DNA of 63,990 bases, the filler included, from Jimgerdemannia flammicorona (lineage: Eukaryota): NCBI GenBank assembly GCA_003990765.1. It is 3 parts of 3 records of this genome, joined end to end, with 100 filler letters (N's around TTAATTAATTAA, not from the genome) between each part and the next. Parts side by side here need not be neighbours in the genome. Positions count along the whole stretch, not along the records: positions 21,608 to 43,111 come from RBNJ01001439.1; 2 more parts are not named here. One strand, given 5' to 3'. A program made the position numbers and the translations under genes. Numbering within the stretch: position 1 is the stretch's first letter; every line of letters begins with the position of its first letter. Below, one piece after another: positions 25,466-37,329 of this stretch. Below the pieces are notes generated by a model. It saw nothing but the letters and a program-made list of their open reading frames with translations, was not told where the DNA came from and ran no database searches.

Positions 25466-28400
25466 ACATTTCAAATCGATGTGACTTTTCAGCTCACAAG
25501 AACCCACAGTCAAACTGGATACATTTGATACAACACCAACCTCTGCTACTATAGGAGAACTAGTTATCACCAGTATCTGGACAGAAAGAGAAGTAATCAC
25601 ATTAAGACTTGCCAACTACCCAGTATCAGAAGGTTCCCAATCAGAAGGCAGTATAGCCCAAAATCCCCAACCAGATCAACCAGACAATACAGGCAGCCCT
25701 ACTAGAGATTTTGAAGAACTTGTATAAGAACTAAAAGATCTTATCACATGAACCTGAGACTTTACAGCCAGATACCCCATATAGTCCCACCAATCTCACT
25801 AATAGAACCTTTACCACAACCTCTTGTAGAATTGGAAGTAGTCTCTACAAGAATACCTAGACTTATCCCACTTTGTCCAAGGTCCAGAACACCATCCTCA
25901 AGATACCCAAGCACCCTTATCTCTAGTAATAGCTCAGAAAGCAAATCAGAATCAGAATCCAAACCCAAACCAGAATCAGAAGAAAGTGACAAAAAAATGG
26001 CCACCTTATTACCAACCTTTGCAGGATACCTGGAGGAAGACCCCAGAGAATTCCTTGATGGAATTGAAGGAATCACAGTCTTGAGAAGTCTCTCAGATGA
26101 AAGAAAAATCGCCATCTACAAAGCTCAGCTCAGAGAACCAGTCAGAGGAATTTTCCATCAAACAGCAAACAACCCAGATTCAGAACTGATAAGACAGATA
26201 CAAGCAGCAATGTCCTATGAGCTAGAATATGAGGCCATGGTCCACTGGCTCATTAAAAAGTATGCAGGAAATGAAACCCATCACAAGGCTCAGGAATCCA
26301 TCATAGAGATAAAGATGAATCTTGGAGAATCACCTAGAGCCTTCTTCACAAGAATCCAGAAGAGAATGCATGCTGCTGAGTTCAATGCCACCAATTAGGA
26401 CATCATCAGTCCAATGACCTTCATGAATAAAATTCCCCCAAACATTGCCCAGCATATTCACACCCTAGGCATCAGAAGGTCTGAAGAGCAAGTAGATATA
26501 GCCCAAGAATACTTTGATATCAGACAAGGAACTACCTAGAGTGATCATGACAGAAAAGAAGAGAAAGAAGACATTCTGGTCAAAGCCCTACAAGGACTCC
26601 TTCAAGGACAAGAAAGATCCAAAGAAAGAAGGCCAGCCAAGGAAGGAAAGAAGGACAGAAGTGAAATCCAAGACCTCAGCTCCAAGTTGGACTGATTGGT
26701 TGGACAGATTGAAAAACTCACTATACACAAAAATCAGAGCTACCAAGACAATAGAGGATACCCACCACAGAGAAGCCAAGGCTACCCACCTAGAGATAAC
26801 AGGAGTTATCAGCAAGAAGAGAGAAGATACTCTGTCTGGGACAGAGCCCAAGTCCAATGCTTCCACTGCAGACAATTTGGACACTATACCACTGAATGTA
26901 ACAACAAAAGAAGTGACCAAAGGGACTCAGAACCACTAAACTGAAGGAATGACACTCAGTATAAGAAGACTGAAGCCTATCCTATAGAAGATTTCGAGGA
27001 AGCAAGCAACAGTGAAGACTATAGTGATCTAGACTTGTACTCTACTAAGGTCACCTCTTAAAAAACAGTTTACCCAGTAGAGAAAAGGAAGAGACCTGTG
27101 GGAAGGCCATCCAGAAATATCAGCAGAAGAATCATCCAAGAAGAAGATAAAGAACATGAAGAGGAACAGATAGAAATACCTCTCCAAACTCCCTCTCCTT
27201 TTGTTCTCAAGATAAACAAGTTGCCACCAGAAGATGAAGAAATAAAACAAGAAGAATGGGAACCTGTTGCCCCAAAGCCCAAGAAAAAATACACCTCAAA
27301 GACCATACCTAGAGACATCTACAATGAAGTCTGGCAGAAGATCCAAGAAGCCAAGATGGAAGTTCCCCTCCTGCAGTTCTTATAACTGACACCAGCTGGA
27401 GTCTGAAACAAATTACTAAGAACCACCAGGTCTAGCACTAGCTGAGTCCCAATCCCACAGCAAGAACTAGTTCCCATCTCTGTTCAGGCAGCTGAAAGAC
27501 ATGTCAGCACCTACCTACATAGAGATATTGGAGGACAAAAGATGAAGATTCTCATAGATACAGAAGCAGCTATCTATATCATTGCCAAACAGTTCCTGGA
27601 CACCCTTCAATGGCCCATTAATGGATCATCTAACCTCAGCATCATAGTAGCAGATGGAGCCCAAACTCAACCTCTTAGAGAAGTATAAAATATCATCATC
27701 TCTCTTGGACACATTCAGTTCTCCATCCCTAAAGCTGTTATCACCAAAGCTGTCACCTATGATATGATTCTTGGCATCAACTGGATGAAGGAAATGAATG
27801 CAGTTGTTGATATTGGCCAACAAGTACTCAAGTTTGATTATTGAGATAAGAAATATAGAGTTAAGGTGACCAGCTACAAGCAATCAAAGAAGAAGAAGAA
27901 GGTCACTATTCAGGAAGAATATATCAGCAGTGAAGAATCTACTATAGAAAAAGAGGAAGAATCTGAAGATGGAAATGATCCCAGACTCAATCCCTGAATT
28001 AACCTGGTGGATGACAGACCAGATGACAATGTGTGAGCTAAGAACACCATCCCCATCACTATTGGAGTCATTGCAGGAGAAGCCAAAGGATGCCCTATCT
28101 GCCTCAAGAGACACAAGTGTCCTGAGCACTCCTCCAAGATCATGGGAACAAGAAAATCACCTGGTACAGCCTACCTAGAGTACAGAAGGAAGAAGAAGAA
28201 ATGCAGATATGTTTCAGAAACACCTGCAACTGAAGTTACAGAAGTACAAGCAATTTGGGGTCAAGAATTATCTGAGGAAGAAGAAACTTCTGATCAAGAA
28301 GTCTCTGAACAAGAAGCACCTAAAGAAGAAGAAGTCCCTGAACTCATTCTCTGAGATGATTCTCATTGGACACCACCTGAAGAAAATGACCATTGGAATA

Positions 28401-29164
28401 CAGAAGAAGGACCCAGTACAATCACCATTATCTCTAAGAAAGAAACTTATCAAGAAAAGGCTTTTTGACTAGGAAGATGTCTACACCAAATAATCTTCTA
28501 CTCCCCCCAAGACTACTACTATCAGTGCCACTTACTAGATCAATAGGAAAGACAGAGACCCCAGAGACCAGAATCTCTGAACATACTTGCACAGTCAACT
28601 ACCTTTCAAGAAATTACCACCAAGTTGCAAAGCCAATTCAGGGGACAAGGCTTCTTCACCCAGACAGAAATATATCTCTTATCTACTCTTCTACCCACCT
28701 ATGACTAAGATGGGTACCATTTCCCAAGACAACAAGAAATCAATAACTAGGAACATCATTTCTGAGCAATGAGATATTGCAACCATGGAAGACACCCAGA
28801 CTGCCAAGACTACAGGCATCAGAAGATCCATCTCAGTCATGATGTTGCAGTCTATACCTTAAAGAGAGGAGATAACCAAAGTCAGATCTGAAAAAGTCAG
28901 ACTAAAAAGCCAGAAAGAAGGACCCTCAAGATTTACAATTTAGGTGAAGACATCCTAGCTCTTATCAGACATGCAACCTGCCAAGGATGGGCAGAAGATG
29001 CCACCAACTTCATGGAAGCCCTTGACCCTACAGGAAGAAGGAGAATCAACTATCTCTGAGATCCCTCTACTAGAGCCAGATGGCCACACCTCAATCTTAG
29101 AGCTTGGAGACTCTCTGCTAGTGGAGCCTCAGCCTTAAGAAAGCCTGAACTCAGTAAGGATATC

Positions 29165-29572
29165 ACCCAGTATGCTCTGCTCCACCCCAAGGCCAAACCC
29201 CTAACCAAAGCCCACCCAGAGGATATAGGATATGATCTTCACAGCCTGGAGGACAAATCTATCAAGCCTGAAAAAACCTTTATGATCAGAACTGGATTAG
29301 CCATGCAGCCACCCCAAGGAGCTTACATCCAACTGACCTCAAGGTCCGGACTTGCCAGACAAGGAATAACTATGGAAGGAGAAACCATTGACCCAGGATA
29401 TACAGGCAAAATTAAGATCATCCTACACAACAGCAGTGCAGAATGGTACTGAATCATTAGAAGACAGAAGATTACCCAAGCAGTTTTCATGAAAGTCAAG
29501 ACCTTATAGTTACAAGAAGTCTCTGAACTAACTGAAGAAATAAGACAAGTTAAGGGATTTGGAAGTTCAGAT
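29165..29572 (+). pseudogene. dUTPase domain in G2 (between protease and RT)
   Basis: DIGYDL, SRSGLA, TIDPGYTGKI, KITQ, RQVKGFGSS. Confidence 0.9.
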
Positions 29573-31972
29573 AGGAAGGAAGTACACCTCCTTCAAGTCA
29601 ACCACCTTAAGAGAAATGTTCTCCAGCAAGTGTACTGGCAACCAGTCAGATTGTACAAGAATCTTATCCTGGAGCCCAGAGAACAAACAACCTTCAAAAT
29701 CTTTACACCACCCAATCCCAGAAACCTTTTCTTTGAATCCAAAGAAGATATTCCCTATCTGGATATAGAGGGATACACATTCTCTGACAAGATGAACCCA
29801 GTACACTCCCAAGCAACCAACCAAAGTTAAGAGACCATCATCTTGCTGAAAGGAACCATCATAGGACATCTGGTGTCTTTTCTCAACTGAACTCATAGGG
29901 AAGTTTATAAACTAAACCTATTGGGAAATGGCAAAAGGTCCCAGAAGAAAGGAAAGGCCCCTCTGCGATCCAAGAGACAGTGAAGCCTTCTACCAACATT
30001 GGAGAATAATTGACACCTCAACAACAACAACAACTAGTAGAACTTCTCAACAAATATCAAGATATCTTCACCATTAATTATGGCAATCTGCCATACAATC
30101 CATCATATCACTATAGCATAAATACAGGAAATGTAATACCCATCTGGCAGAAATCCTATCGAATACTCCATCACTTGAAAATATTTGAAAAGGAGCACAT
30201 CTAAGAACTCTTAGACAATGGAGTCATCCAACCCTCTACCAGTTCTTAGGCTAGCCCTATACTTATTGTACCAAAGAAAGGAGGATGGAGACTTTGTGTA
30301 GATTACAGAAAACTCAATTCAGTTACTGAGAAAGATACTTATCCTTTGCTTAGAATCGATGACCTTTTGGATCAGTTACAAGATACCAGATACTTCAGCA
30401 GTATGGACCTCTTTGCAGGATTCCATGAGATCCCCATGGACCCCAAAGACATTCAAAAGACAGCCTTCCTTATCCTAGGAAAACTGTTTGAATACTTCTG
30501 AATGCCCTTTGGACTTTGCAATATACCCCCCACCTTCCAGAGGATGATGAATTCAGTGTATGTTCCTCTGATCCACTACTGCCTGATTGTATACATAGAT
30601 AATTCCAACATCTATTCAGCAAATTTTGAAAAACACCTGCATCACCTAGAGGAATTCTTCAAGCTCACTTGCAAGAATCACTTGAGATTGAATATAAAGA
30701 AATGCTACTTTGGGAAACAGAAACTTGAATTCCTAGGATTTATAGTTTCAAAAGAAGGAATCTATACAGACTCAAAGAAAATTGAGAAGATCAACAATTG
30801 GTCAGTATCCAAGACCCTAAAGAAAACACTATCATTTCTGATACTAGTATCCTACTATAGAAGGTTTATTAAGAATTTTGCCCAAATCGCTGCCCCAATC
30901 CAAATCCTTCTCAAGAAAGAAGTGCCATTCAAATGGACAGAATTACAAGAAAAAGTCTTTAAAAAATTCAAGAGCTGTATGACTGCAGCACCAATCCTTA
31001 TATGCCCCAATCTACAGAAACCATTTATCTTATATACAGATACTTCTAAAGATGGCCTAGGAGTAGTTCTAGCCCAAGAAGGACCCGATCAACAGTACCA
31101 TGCAATAGCTTATATAAGCAGAGCTACCAATCAGCAGCAGATGAACTATAGTAGCACCAAACTAGAATGTCTTGCAGTTATATGGGTGGTCACCCTGTTC
31201 AAGCATTATCTCATCAGAAAAAGGTTCACCCTGATCACAGACTATGCAGCCCTCAAATGGTTATTCAACCACAAGAAACCAACCAGAATTCTAGTCTAAT
31301 GGATCCTTATTCTTCAGGATTACAAAATTACTATCATCCACAAAGCAGGAAAAGCCCATAACAATATTGATATACTTTCCTGCCAACCCTAATGAATCAG
31401 AAGAAGAGTGTTCTGAGGAACTATACCCTAAAGGAAGCCCCTCAGACCATTAAGGCACAAGAAGATCTTATCCAAAAAGAACATAAGAAAGTCTACCAAG
31501 GACAGGCAAATGTAGAAGAGAAGCTGCGAACAATATACCAACATTGGCCCAACCTGAGAACACAAGTATGAGACATATTCAAGAAATGTGATACCTGCCA
31601 GAAGTACCAAGGAAGGAAGAACTATCAAGCACTACTACAACTAATCACACCACTAAACAACATCTTTCAGAGATAGGGAATAGATGTAATTGGACCTCTA
31701 CCAATTATATCAAATACATCCTTGTATTTGTGGAACATCTGACCAAGTGGCCTGAGGCTTTTCCAATGGAAATTGTGGATGCCCTAACTATTGTAGGTCT
31801 TCTCCATGGACTCACACTCAGATATAGACCCCTAGAAGAACTCATCTCTGACTGAGGCACAGAATTCATCAATAATATAATCATAAGTTATGCTCAAATT
31901 CACAAGATACATCTCAAATGGACTACATCATACTACCCCCAGACCAATGGCATGATAGAAAGGATGAACTAG

Positions 31973-32597
31973 TGAGGAGGAATATAATGCTCAACTTCCG
32001 CTCAGGGCACCTTATCATAGAGAGTTGCTTCGACTGTGAGGAGTGCCATAATGTAGGGTAGGAAGAGGGCTTTGTACAGATACCAGAACACTGGCTAGAA
32101 GAGTGTGTGGTGTTGGGAGACTTTTGGTGGACCATTAGGGATCACTTGGGGGTGAGGTGTAGGGGTGCTGAAGTATGGGGGAGGTGGGAGGACTTGAAGG
32201 ATTAATTGGTAGGAGGGGTAGGTAAGGAATAGCTCACCTTAGATTGGGCTTTGGCCATTTGGGTGAGGCTGGCCAGTCACTGACTATTTGTTTTTAAGGA
32301 TAGGAGGAGACAGGAATTGGAGAGCTGATTGTTGTGATGGCAGAGTCTTATAGAAGATATCTTGACAGGCTGGTGGCTTGGTTGGGGGCTGCAGGGTGGT
32401 CAGAGGTGCCACTTGGTGGAGAAAATCTGTAGACAGAGTGGCAGGCGAGTTGGAGTAGTTGGTGAGAGAGTGATCTTTATTCGTGAGGGGGTGGAGAGGG
32501 GCTCCTCTATAGGGATTGGGTAGTGGGTGATGATAATGTATAATTATTCATAGACTGGTAATAAAGACATTTGTTAACTTAAAAAAAAAAAAAAAAA
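31973..32597 (+). mobile_element. 5'-truncated LINE-A copy A3 inserted in the G2 integrase
   Basis: Matches the ORF2 3' end of A2; poly(A) 32581-32597; ~16-bp TSD AGAAAGGATGAACTAG (31957-31972) / AGAAAGAATGAACCAG (32598-32613). Confidence 0.92.
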
Positions 32598-33085
32598 AGA
32601 AAGAATGAACCAGACCATCAAGAAAGGACTTGTCTGAGTCAATTCTACCAATTGGGACCTCTGCTTACCTGAGATCCTATGGGAAATTCAGAATACTCCT
32701 GTCACCTCAACCAAACAAAAGCCATTTGAAATAATGTTTGCCAAGAAAACGAGAACTGCTGATCATGAGAACCTTGGAGATCTCCTCAAGAAGACAGAAC
32801 AGTTATATAATCAAATCTGAGGTCAGATTATCAAAGCCCAAGAAAGATAAAAGAAGTACTATAACTAAAGACAGAAGAATCAGGAGATCAAGATTAGAGA
32901 TCAAGTACTAGTTTGAAGAAGTATGATTGAAATGAATTTTGCTGCCAAACTGGAACCTAAATAGAAAGGACCTTATCTTGTACACAATATCAGAGAAACC
33001 AGTATCTATTTAAGAAGCATGGATGGATGAACCCTCAGAACACCAGTGCACATCAATCGCCTCAAGATATATCTTTCCCTATATC

Positions 33086-33601
33086 ATAAATCAGAGAGTT
33101 GACAACCACCTTCAAACTCTTGTTCTCAGCTCATTTCAATCACTGCCAGTTCCTCTACCCCAATTCTGAGAAGTCAATGGGAACACTCTCCAAAAGATCC
33201 AGATTCACCAAGAGAATCTTGTTCTGGCCAGACAGTTGCTACAGGTCCACTAACTCCAGACCCATTATGCCATTGAAGAACAATTGCAAAACCTCCCAGT
33301 CCTGGAACAAATATATATCAGAAATACCACAGAACTATCAAGAAGAAATGCCACTACTGCAGACAGACTGTACACACTTTATAAGCAAAACCCTGCAGCC
33401 CTGATACAAGCACAATTCTTCTGGTATGACATATAAGAAATGAACCTAGCCACCTACCTAAGTATCATCAATGTTGTTGAAATCCTATTCTCAGAAGAAG
33501 AAGAAGAACCCTTGGAATGGAGTAACCATGATATAGATAATGAAGATGATGAAATGAGTATTGATGCAGAAGATACTTATCCACACTGGGATGATGACTA
33601 A
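33086..33601 (+). pseudogene. G2 short accessory 3' ORF (~170 aa, acidic tail), possible distant ORF3 homologue
   Basis: Frame +1 relative to integrase, ATA (ex-ATG) start, 3 transition-type stops, ends just before the PPT. Confidence 0.55.
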
Positions 33602-33641
33602 AGGATAGTCTGAGGACAGACCATCCTTTAGTGGGGGCTGA

Positions 33642-34929
33642 TGTGACAAACCAAGACATACCACCCAAATTATACCTTAGCTAGATGACATGAACAATTA
33701 GTCAGATGATGTGAATACACAGTATAGTAACTAGCAATCATTTCTACAGAAACTATATAAATAGCCAGATTACTAGATAAGGTATATCTGTATAGGATCT
33801 GTACACCTATACAAGACCTATACACCTGTACAGGACCTGCACAACCTGCCATAAGTAGCAAATCTATAGTTAGCCATGTAGCAACCAGATAGCAACCAAC
33901 TTGTATAAATTACCCCAGATAAAAGTGAATAAACCTCAGTCTGAAAGTTGAATACAAACCAAAGCAAAAGTCAATTGTCTGGTATACTTAGGAGAAATGC
34001 CTGCCAATGAGCTACTGCTAAGAAGTTGTGAGCTTAGTTCTCTTCTCTTTCACTCTGGTCCACTTTTCAATATAAAGCTGATTTTGCCACCAAGTTCGAG
34101 TAAAGAACTTTACCACCTTTGGAACTATTGGTACACTTGCCAGGTAAGCTTGAAGAATCCAAGTTTGCCACCCATGTTCAAGAAAGAACTTCACTGCCAT
34201 TTCTCAGTTGAAGCTGCTGATTCAGGAAGAATTCATGCCATCTGAGTTAATTCCCAGTTAAGCCACCATTTTCAAGAAGTTTTCTAATTCAGAAAGAATC
34301 TGCATCATATGCCATTTTCAAGTTATCCACCATATTCCCAATTGAAGCTACCATTTTCAAGTTGTCTGCATTCTCAGAGAACTCATGCCACCTGAGTTAT
34401 TATTTCCAGAAGAACCTGATTCGCATTGTCCGAGTTGTTCATTGTTCCCAGTGAGCCAAATCAAGTTATCTGCCAGAAATCACATACTTTTGGAGATTGT
34501 CATGTAGAGATCACTGTCACTCAAGAAGGAAAACTGCTAAATTAACTGACTATCACTCCATGCTACACAAGAGATTATCATGTCAGAAATTGCATACTTT
34601 TGGAGATTGCCTCACTATACAAAATTGTAGTATTCCCAGTTGATCTGAATAAGGAACTCATCATGCTATATATGAATTCTACCAATTCTCAGTTGACCCA
34701 AGAAGGAAACTCATTCATACAAATTACTGCTACACTCAGAGAACTGTCCCAATAAAGAAATCGCCAGAATTGCTCATAGATATTCAGCTTTGACTATTAT
34801 ACCACTAAACACTAAGGACCTCAGGAATTATAGAACATTTTGTTACTTTTGACAAAGTAACTAGGGCTCAAGCCAAACTACATCAACTCCCAACCTTGTA
34901 ATTTGCCTCCATTGAGCTAGTATATTATA
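33642..34929 (+). repeat. G2 3' LTR (~1288 bp)
   Basis: TGTGACAAACC...ATATTATA (mutated CA end). Confidence 0.93.
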
Positions 34930-35229
34930 ATATCTTAAGGGTCTGCTCCTTCAGTCTAGAGTATAAGGTCACCTGACTTGAGTAGTATACTGCTGAAGTC
35001 ATTATGAGTCATTATGAGTTTAGTTGCAGATCATCTTATGATCAAGATGAGTCATAGTTGAGTCATAACTTGTAACTGGTGGCTTGCTAAGTCTAAGCAG
35101 TCCTCAGATTCTGATGTCACTAGTTTCAAAGATATTGTTTCATCTGCTTCTTGCAAAATTAGAGCCATCTTTAGCAGTTGTAGTTATACAGAAATAGCAG
35201 GTCTTAGTTTTTTTTTTTTTTAGGCTTTT

Positions 35230-35479
35230 GATATATTTGTGAGAACTGGCCATTCTTGTCTAAGACAAGGGCTCTCATTGTCATGGCTGGGGTTTTGAAC
35301 CTCTTAGAAATAGTATTTCCTATAATCTGAGACAATTTCTAGTAGCTTATCATCTATTATATGGATGGACTTAAGACTGGTTTCAACATTATTAGCTTTC
35401 TTGAGTTCCAAATAAAGTGTTTATTATTCTTCAACAGAGATGACACAGATTAGGTAATCAGAATTATTTAATGTATTTT
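35230..35479 (+). ncRNA. Candidate structured ncRNA, copy 2 (antisense to G5)
   Basis: Collinear nucleotide similarity and near-identical length to 14364-14612; more decayed. Confidence 0.55.
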
Positions 35480-36289
35480 GCTTTCTTTGAGTAGTAAGAT
35501 CTTATACAGTTGCAGTGTATTCTGTTTTTGAGTATAACTCTATCTAAGATCTTAAGTTGGTAGGTGTAGTTTATAAATACTTGATGTATGAGATAAAGTT
35601 CTTCCTATTTTGGTTCAAGTTTGATACTCTAGTTTTCTTCTATGATAGTATAATATACTAAGACTTATTGTCCAATAAGTAGAGGTTCTAGGTCAGCTTT
35701 GCAGTCATAATACTTCTTTTGCTGTTCTTGTACTTTGGCAATAAATTCTTATACCTGTTAGTATACTTTGTATAACTAGATAATCTCTTCAGTGACTTAT
35801 TTTGTCAAATTCAACTGAATTGGTTCAGCAGAGTCTTGTGCTTCTCAGCTATATACCAAATAAAAAGGAGTTTTTTGGGTAGCAGTTGTCTTTGAAGTAC
35901 AAATACTAAATAGAATTGCTAGAAGATATATATCCCAGTTTAGCTGATCTCTAGTTTTGCTGAAGCCTCACTTGATGGTCTGGTTCATTCATTCAATAAG
36001 TCTATTGGCTTATAGGTAGTAGACTGTTGTTGGGTATAGTTTGATCTTAAAGTTACTTATAAAGGTCTTTATGGCTTTATTGATAAATTCTCAGTCTTAG
36101 TCTATGATGATTTCTTTGAGAACTCCATGGTAGCTGAAAATTTCATTATATAAAATCTCAATGATTGTCTGAGCATCAGCAGTCTTAATAATAAAGACTT
36201 TAGACCATTTTTTTTAGGTAATCTTTGATGGTGAGAATATAGTATCTTCCTCAGCAAGTTACTGGTAGAGGACTAATAATGTCAAGCTT

Positions 36290-37250
36290 GGTAGTTGAAA
36301 AGAGCTATTGAATTGCAGAGAGGGAGTTGGGTGCCACTGATGTAAAAGGTGTGGGAGATGAGATTCTCTCCATAAGAGTCCTCAGGGGATTTGCTATCTC
36401 TGGTGGGTCTGGATAGAAGTCAATAGCTATGGTATAAGGGCTTCTGGTAGAGAGTGGTAGATGGTATACACTGAATAGACCTGTGCTGGCAAAGCAATGA
36501 GGGGAAGATGCTGTGAGGTCTAGATATGTAGCAATGGGACAGACTGCTTCTGGGGGATATTCTACTTACTGAGTTTGACATTGGTGAAGGAGTGGAGTAT
36601 CAGTGGGAACTTGGTCAGAATCTATAGCCAAGTAGTTGGCAGGCAGTAAGGATTGGTGAGGAGTGAGACTGGGTAGGAGTCTGGTTATAGAGTGCTGAGG
36701 TGTGGAGGTAGCTTTCTCTCAAGTTTTGGGTGATATGGTGGTAGATGCTGCAGAGGAATGTTATGTTGAATTTCCATGCTAGATATCTGGTAGATGGTGG
36801 ATAATTTGATTGTGAGGAGTATTATAATATAGGGCAAGTTGGGAGATTTATACAGATACCAGAACATTGGCTGGGAGAGTGTAAGGTTCTGGGGGACTTT
36901 TGGATAATAGTAGGGGACTAGATGGGTGTAGAGAGGAGGCCAGATGGAGAGAGAGGTCACTGGGAGGATTTGAAATCTCGATTAGTAGGTAGTGTAGGCA
37001 ATAGATGGCTTACTATAGGGTGGGTTTTAGCTGTATAGATAGGGCTGACTCTTTGTTTTTGAGGAGAGATGACAGATGGGTATATAGAAGAAGTTGTTAA
37101 GATGGGAAGAGTTGATGGAAGATTTGCTGACTGGGTGGTGGATTGATTAGGGTCTCCAGGGTGAGCAATATCACTGTCTGGTAAAAGAGATCTATAAACA
37201 AAGTGGTGGGCAGGTGGTGATGGTGAATAACAAAGTAGTCTTTCATTCAT
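36290..37250 (+). mobile_element. Decayed LINE ORF2 3' remnant (related to family A)
   Basis: RAIELQRGSWVPL, QIPEHWLGECKVL etc. parallel the A-family C-terminus. Confidence 0.8.
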
Positions 37251-37329
37251 CTTTCTCCAGTAACATTCAGGTTACACAACCCTTTGGCAACACTTTTGAC
37301 ACAGTTTCTGGAGAAAAGCTACTAGTATC

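Larger units (their letters stand above)
25748..33102 (+). pseudogene. G2 gag-pol
   Basis: Gag LPTFAGYLEEDPREFL; zinc knuckle CFHCRQFGHYTTEC; protease ILIDTEAA (~27550); RT LCVDYRKLN..MPFGLCN..VYIDNS; RNase H LYTDTS; integrase ending KLEPK*KGPY..VHINRLK. Confidence 0.9.
24108..34929 (+). mobile_element. Full-length non-chromoviral Gypsy G2 (gag-PR-spacer-dUTPase-RT-RH-IN-short 3' ORF)
   Basis: Two ~1.3-kb LTRs, PBS, PPT at ~33630-33641, probable ATAT TSD (24104-24107 / 34930-34933). Confidence 0.93.
23069..36290 (-). mobile_element. Old non-chromoviral Gypsy G5, 3' part (integrase, ncRNA, ORF3), split by the G2 insertion
   Basis: Integrase remnant ~35480-36290 (EIFSYHGVLKEIIID, ANRLIE*MNQTIK, KLEPK; no chromodomain); flanks of G2 rejoin at ATAT into a TATA box upstream of ORF3. 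Confidence 0.75.
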
